Assembly: GCA_951406725.2 (NCBI GenBank)
Contig: OX597825.1
Coordinates: 58,900,001-58,964,000 of the forward strand
DNA length: 64,000 nt
Reading direction: 5' to 3'
DNA from: Octopus vulgaris
Lineage: Eukaryota
Notes under the pieces: generated by a model
The model's input: the letters and a program-made list of their open reading frames with translations, nothing else
Database searches by the model: none
What the model was told of the DNA's origin: nothing
Program-made: the position numbers and the translations under genes
Shown: positions 63,848-64,000 of the stretch, piece by piece
Position numbering within the stretch: position 1 is the stretch's first letter
Layout of the letters: each line of letters begins with the position of its first letter

Positions 63848-64000
63848 GTAATTTTGTGGATTAATGGGTATATGTCAATTAAGGTGTTGAGTAAAGCATG
63901 TTCACAGTTAGGGCAACCTGGTGTCAACTACAGCAGGGTATATTTCTGCTAGATCTACTTCAGGAATTCTGCACTGTTAGTTGAAATAATGATAATTGAT

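Overview
AT-rich, repeat-dense eukaryotic genomic DNA. The SINE, microsatellite and MITE content suggests a coleoid cephalopod, probably Octopus (inference). There are two spliced protein genes, both on the minus strand. (1) The 3' part of a DAPK1-type death-associated protein kinase: 13 exons from 61773 to 28055, about 948 codons, covering ankyrin repeats, ROC, COR and death domain; the kinase exons lie beyond the right edge. (2) The first two coding exons and promoter of MRG15/MORF4L1 (10492-10465 and 1577-1531), continuing beyond the left edge. Introns and intergenic DNA hold tRNA-derived SINEs (some in head-to-tail arrays), relics of RTE, CR1 and L1-Tx1 LINEs, and MITEs with hAT-, mariner/pogo-, piggyBac-, Ginger- and Merlin-like ends. 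The most unusual item is a ~270-bp tRNA-headed, TSD-flanked element carrying a minimal, Penelope-type hammerhead ribozyme. It is present three times, twice as a head-to-head pair next to a DAPK exon. Many unrelated foldback hairpins sit in (TA)n tracts, some near hammerhead-like relics. Comparisons with human proteins are from memory, not from a search. Repeat boundaries are approximate unless TSDs or TIRs are quoted.
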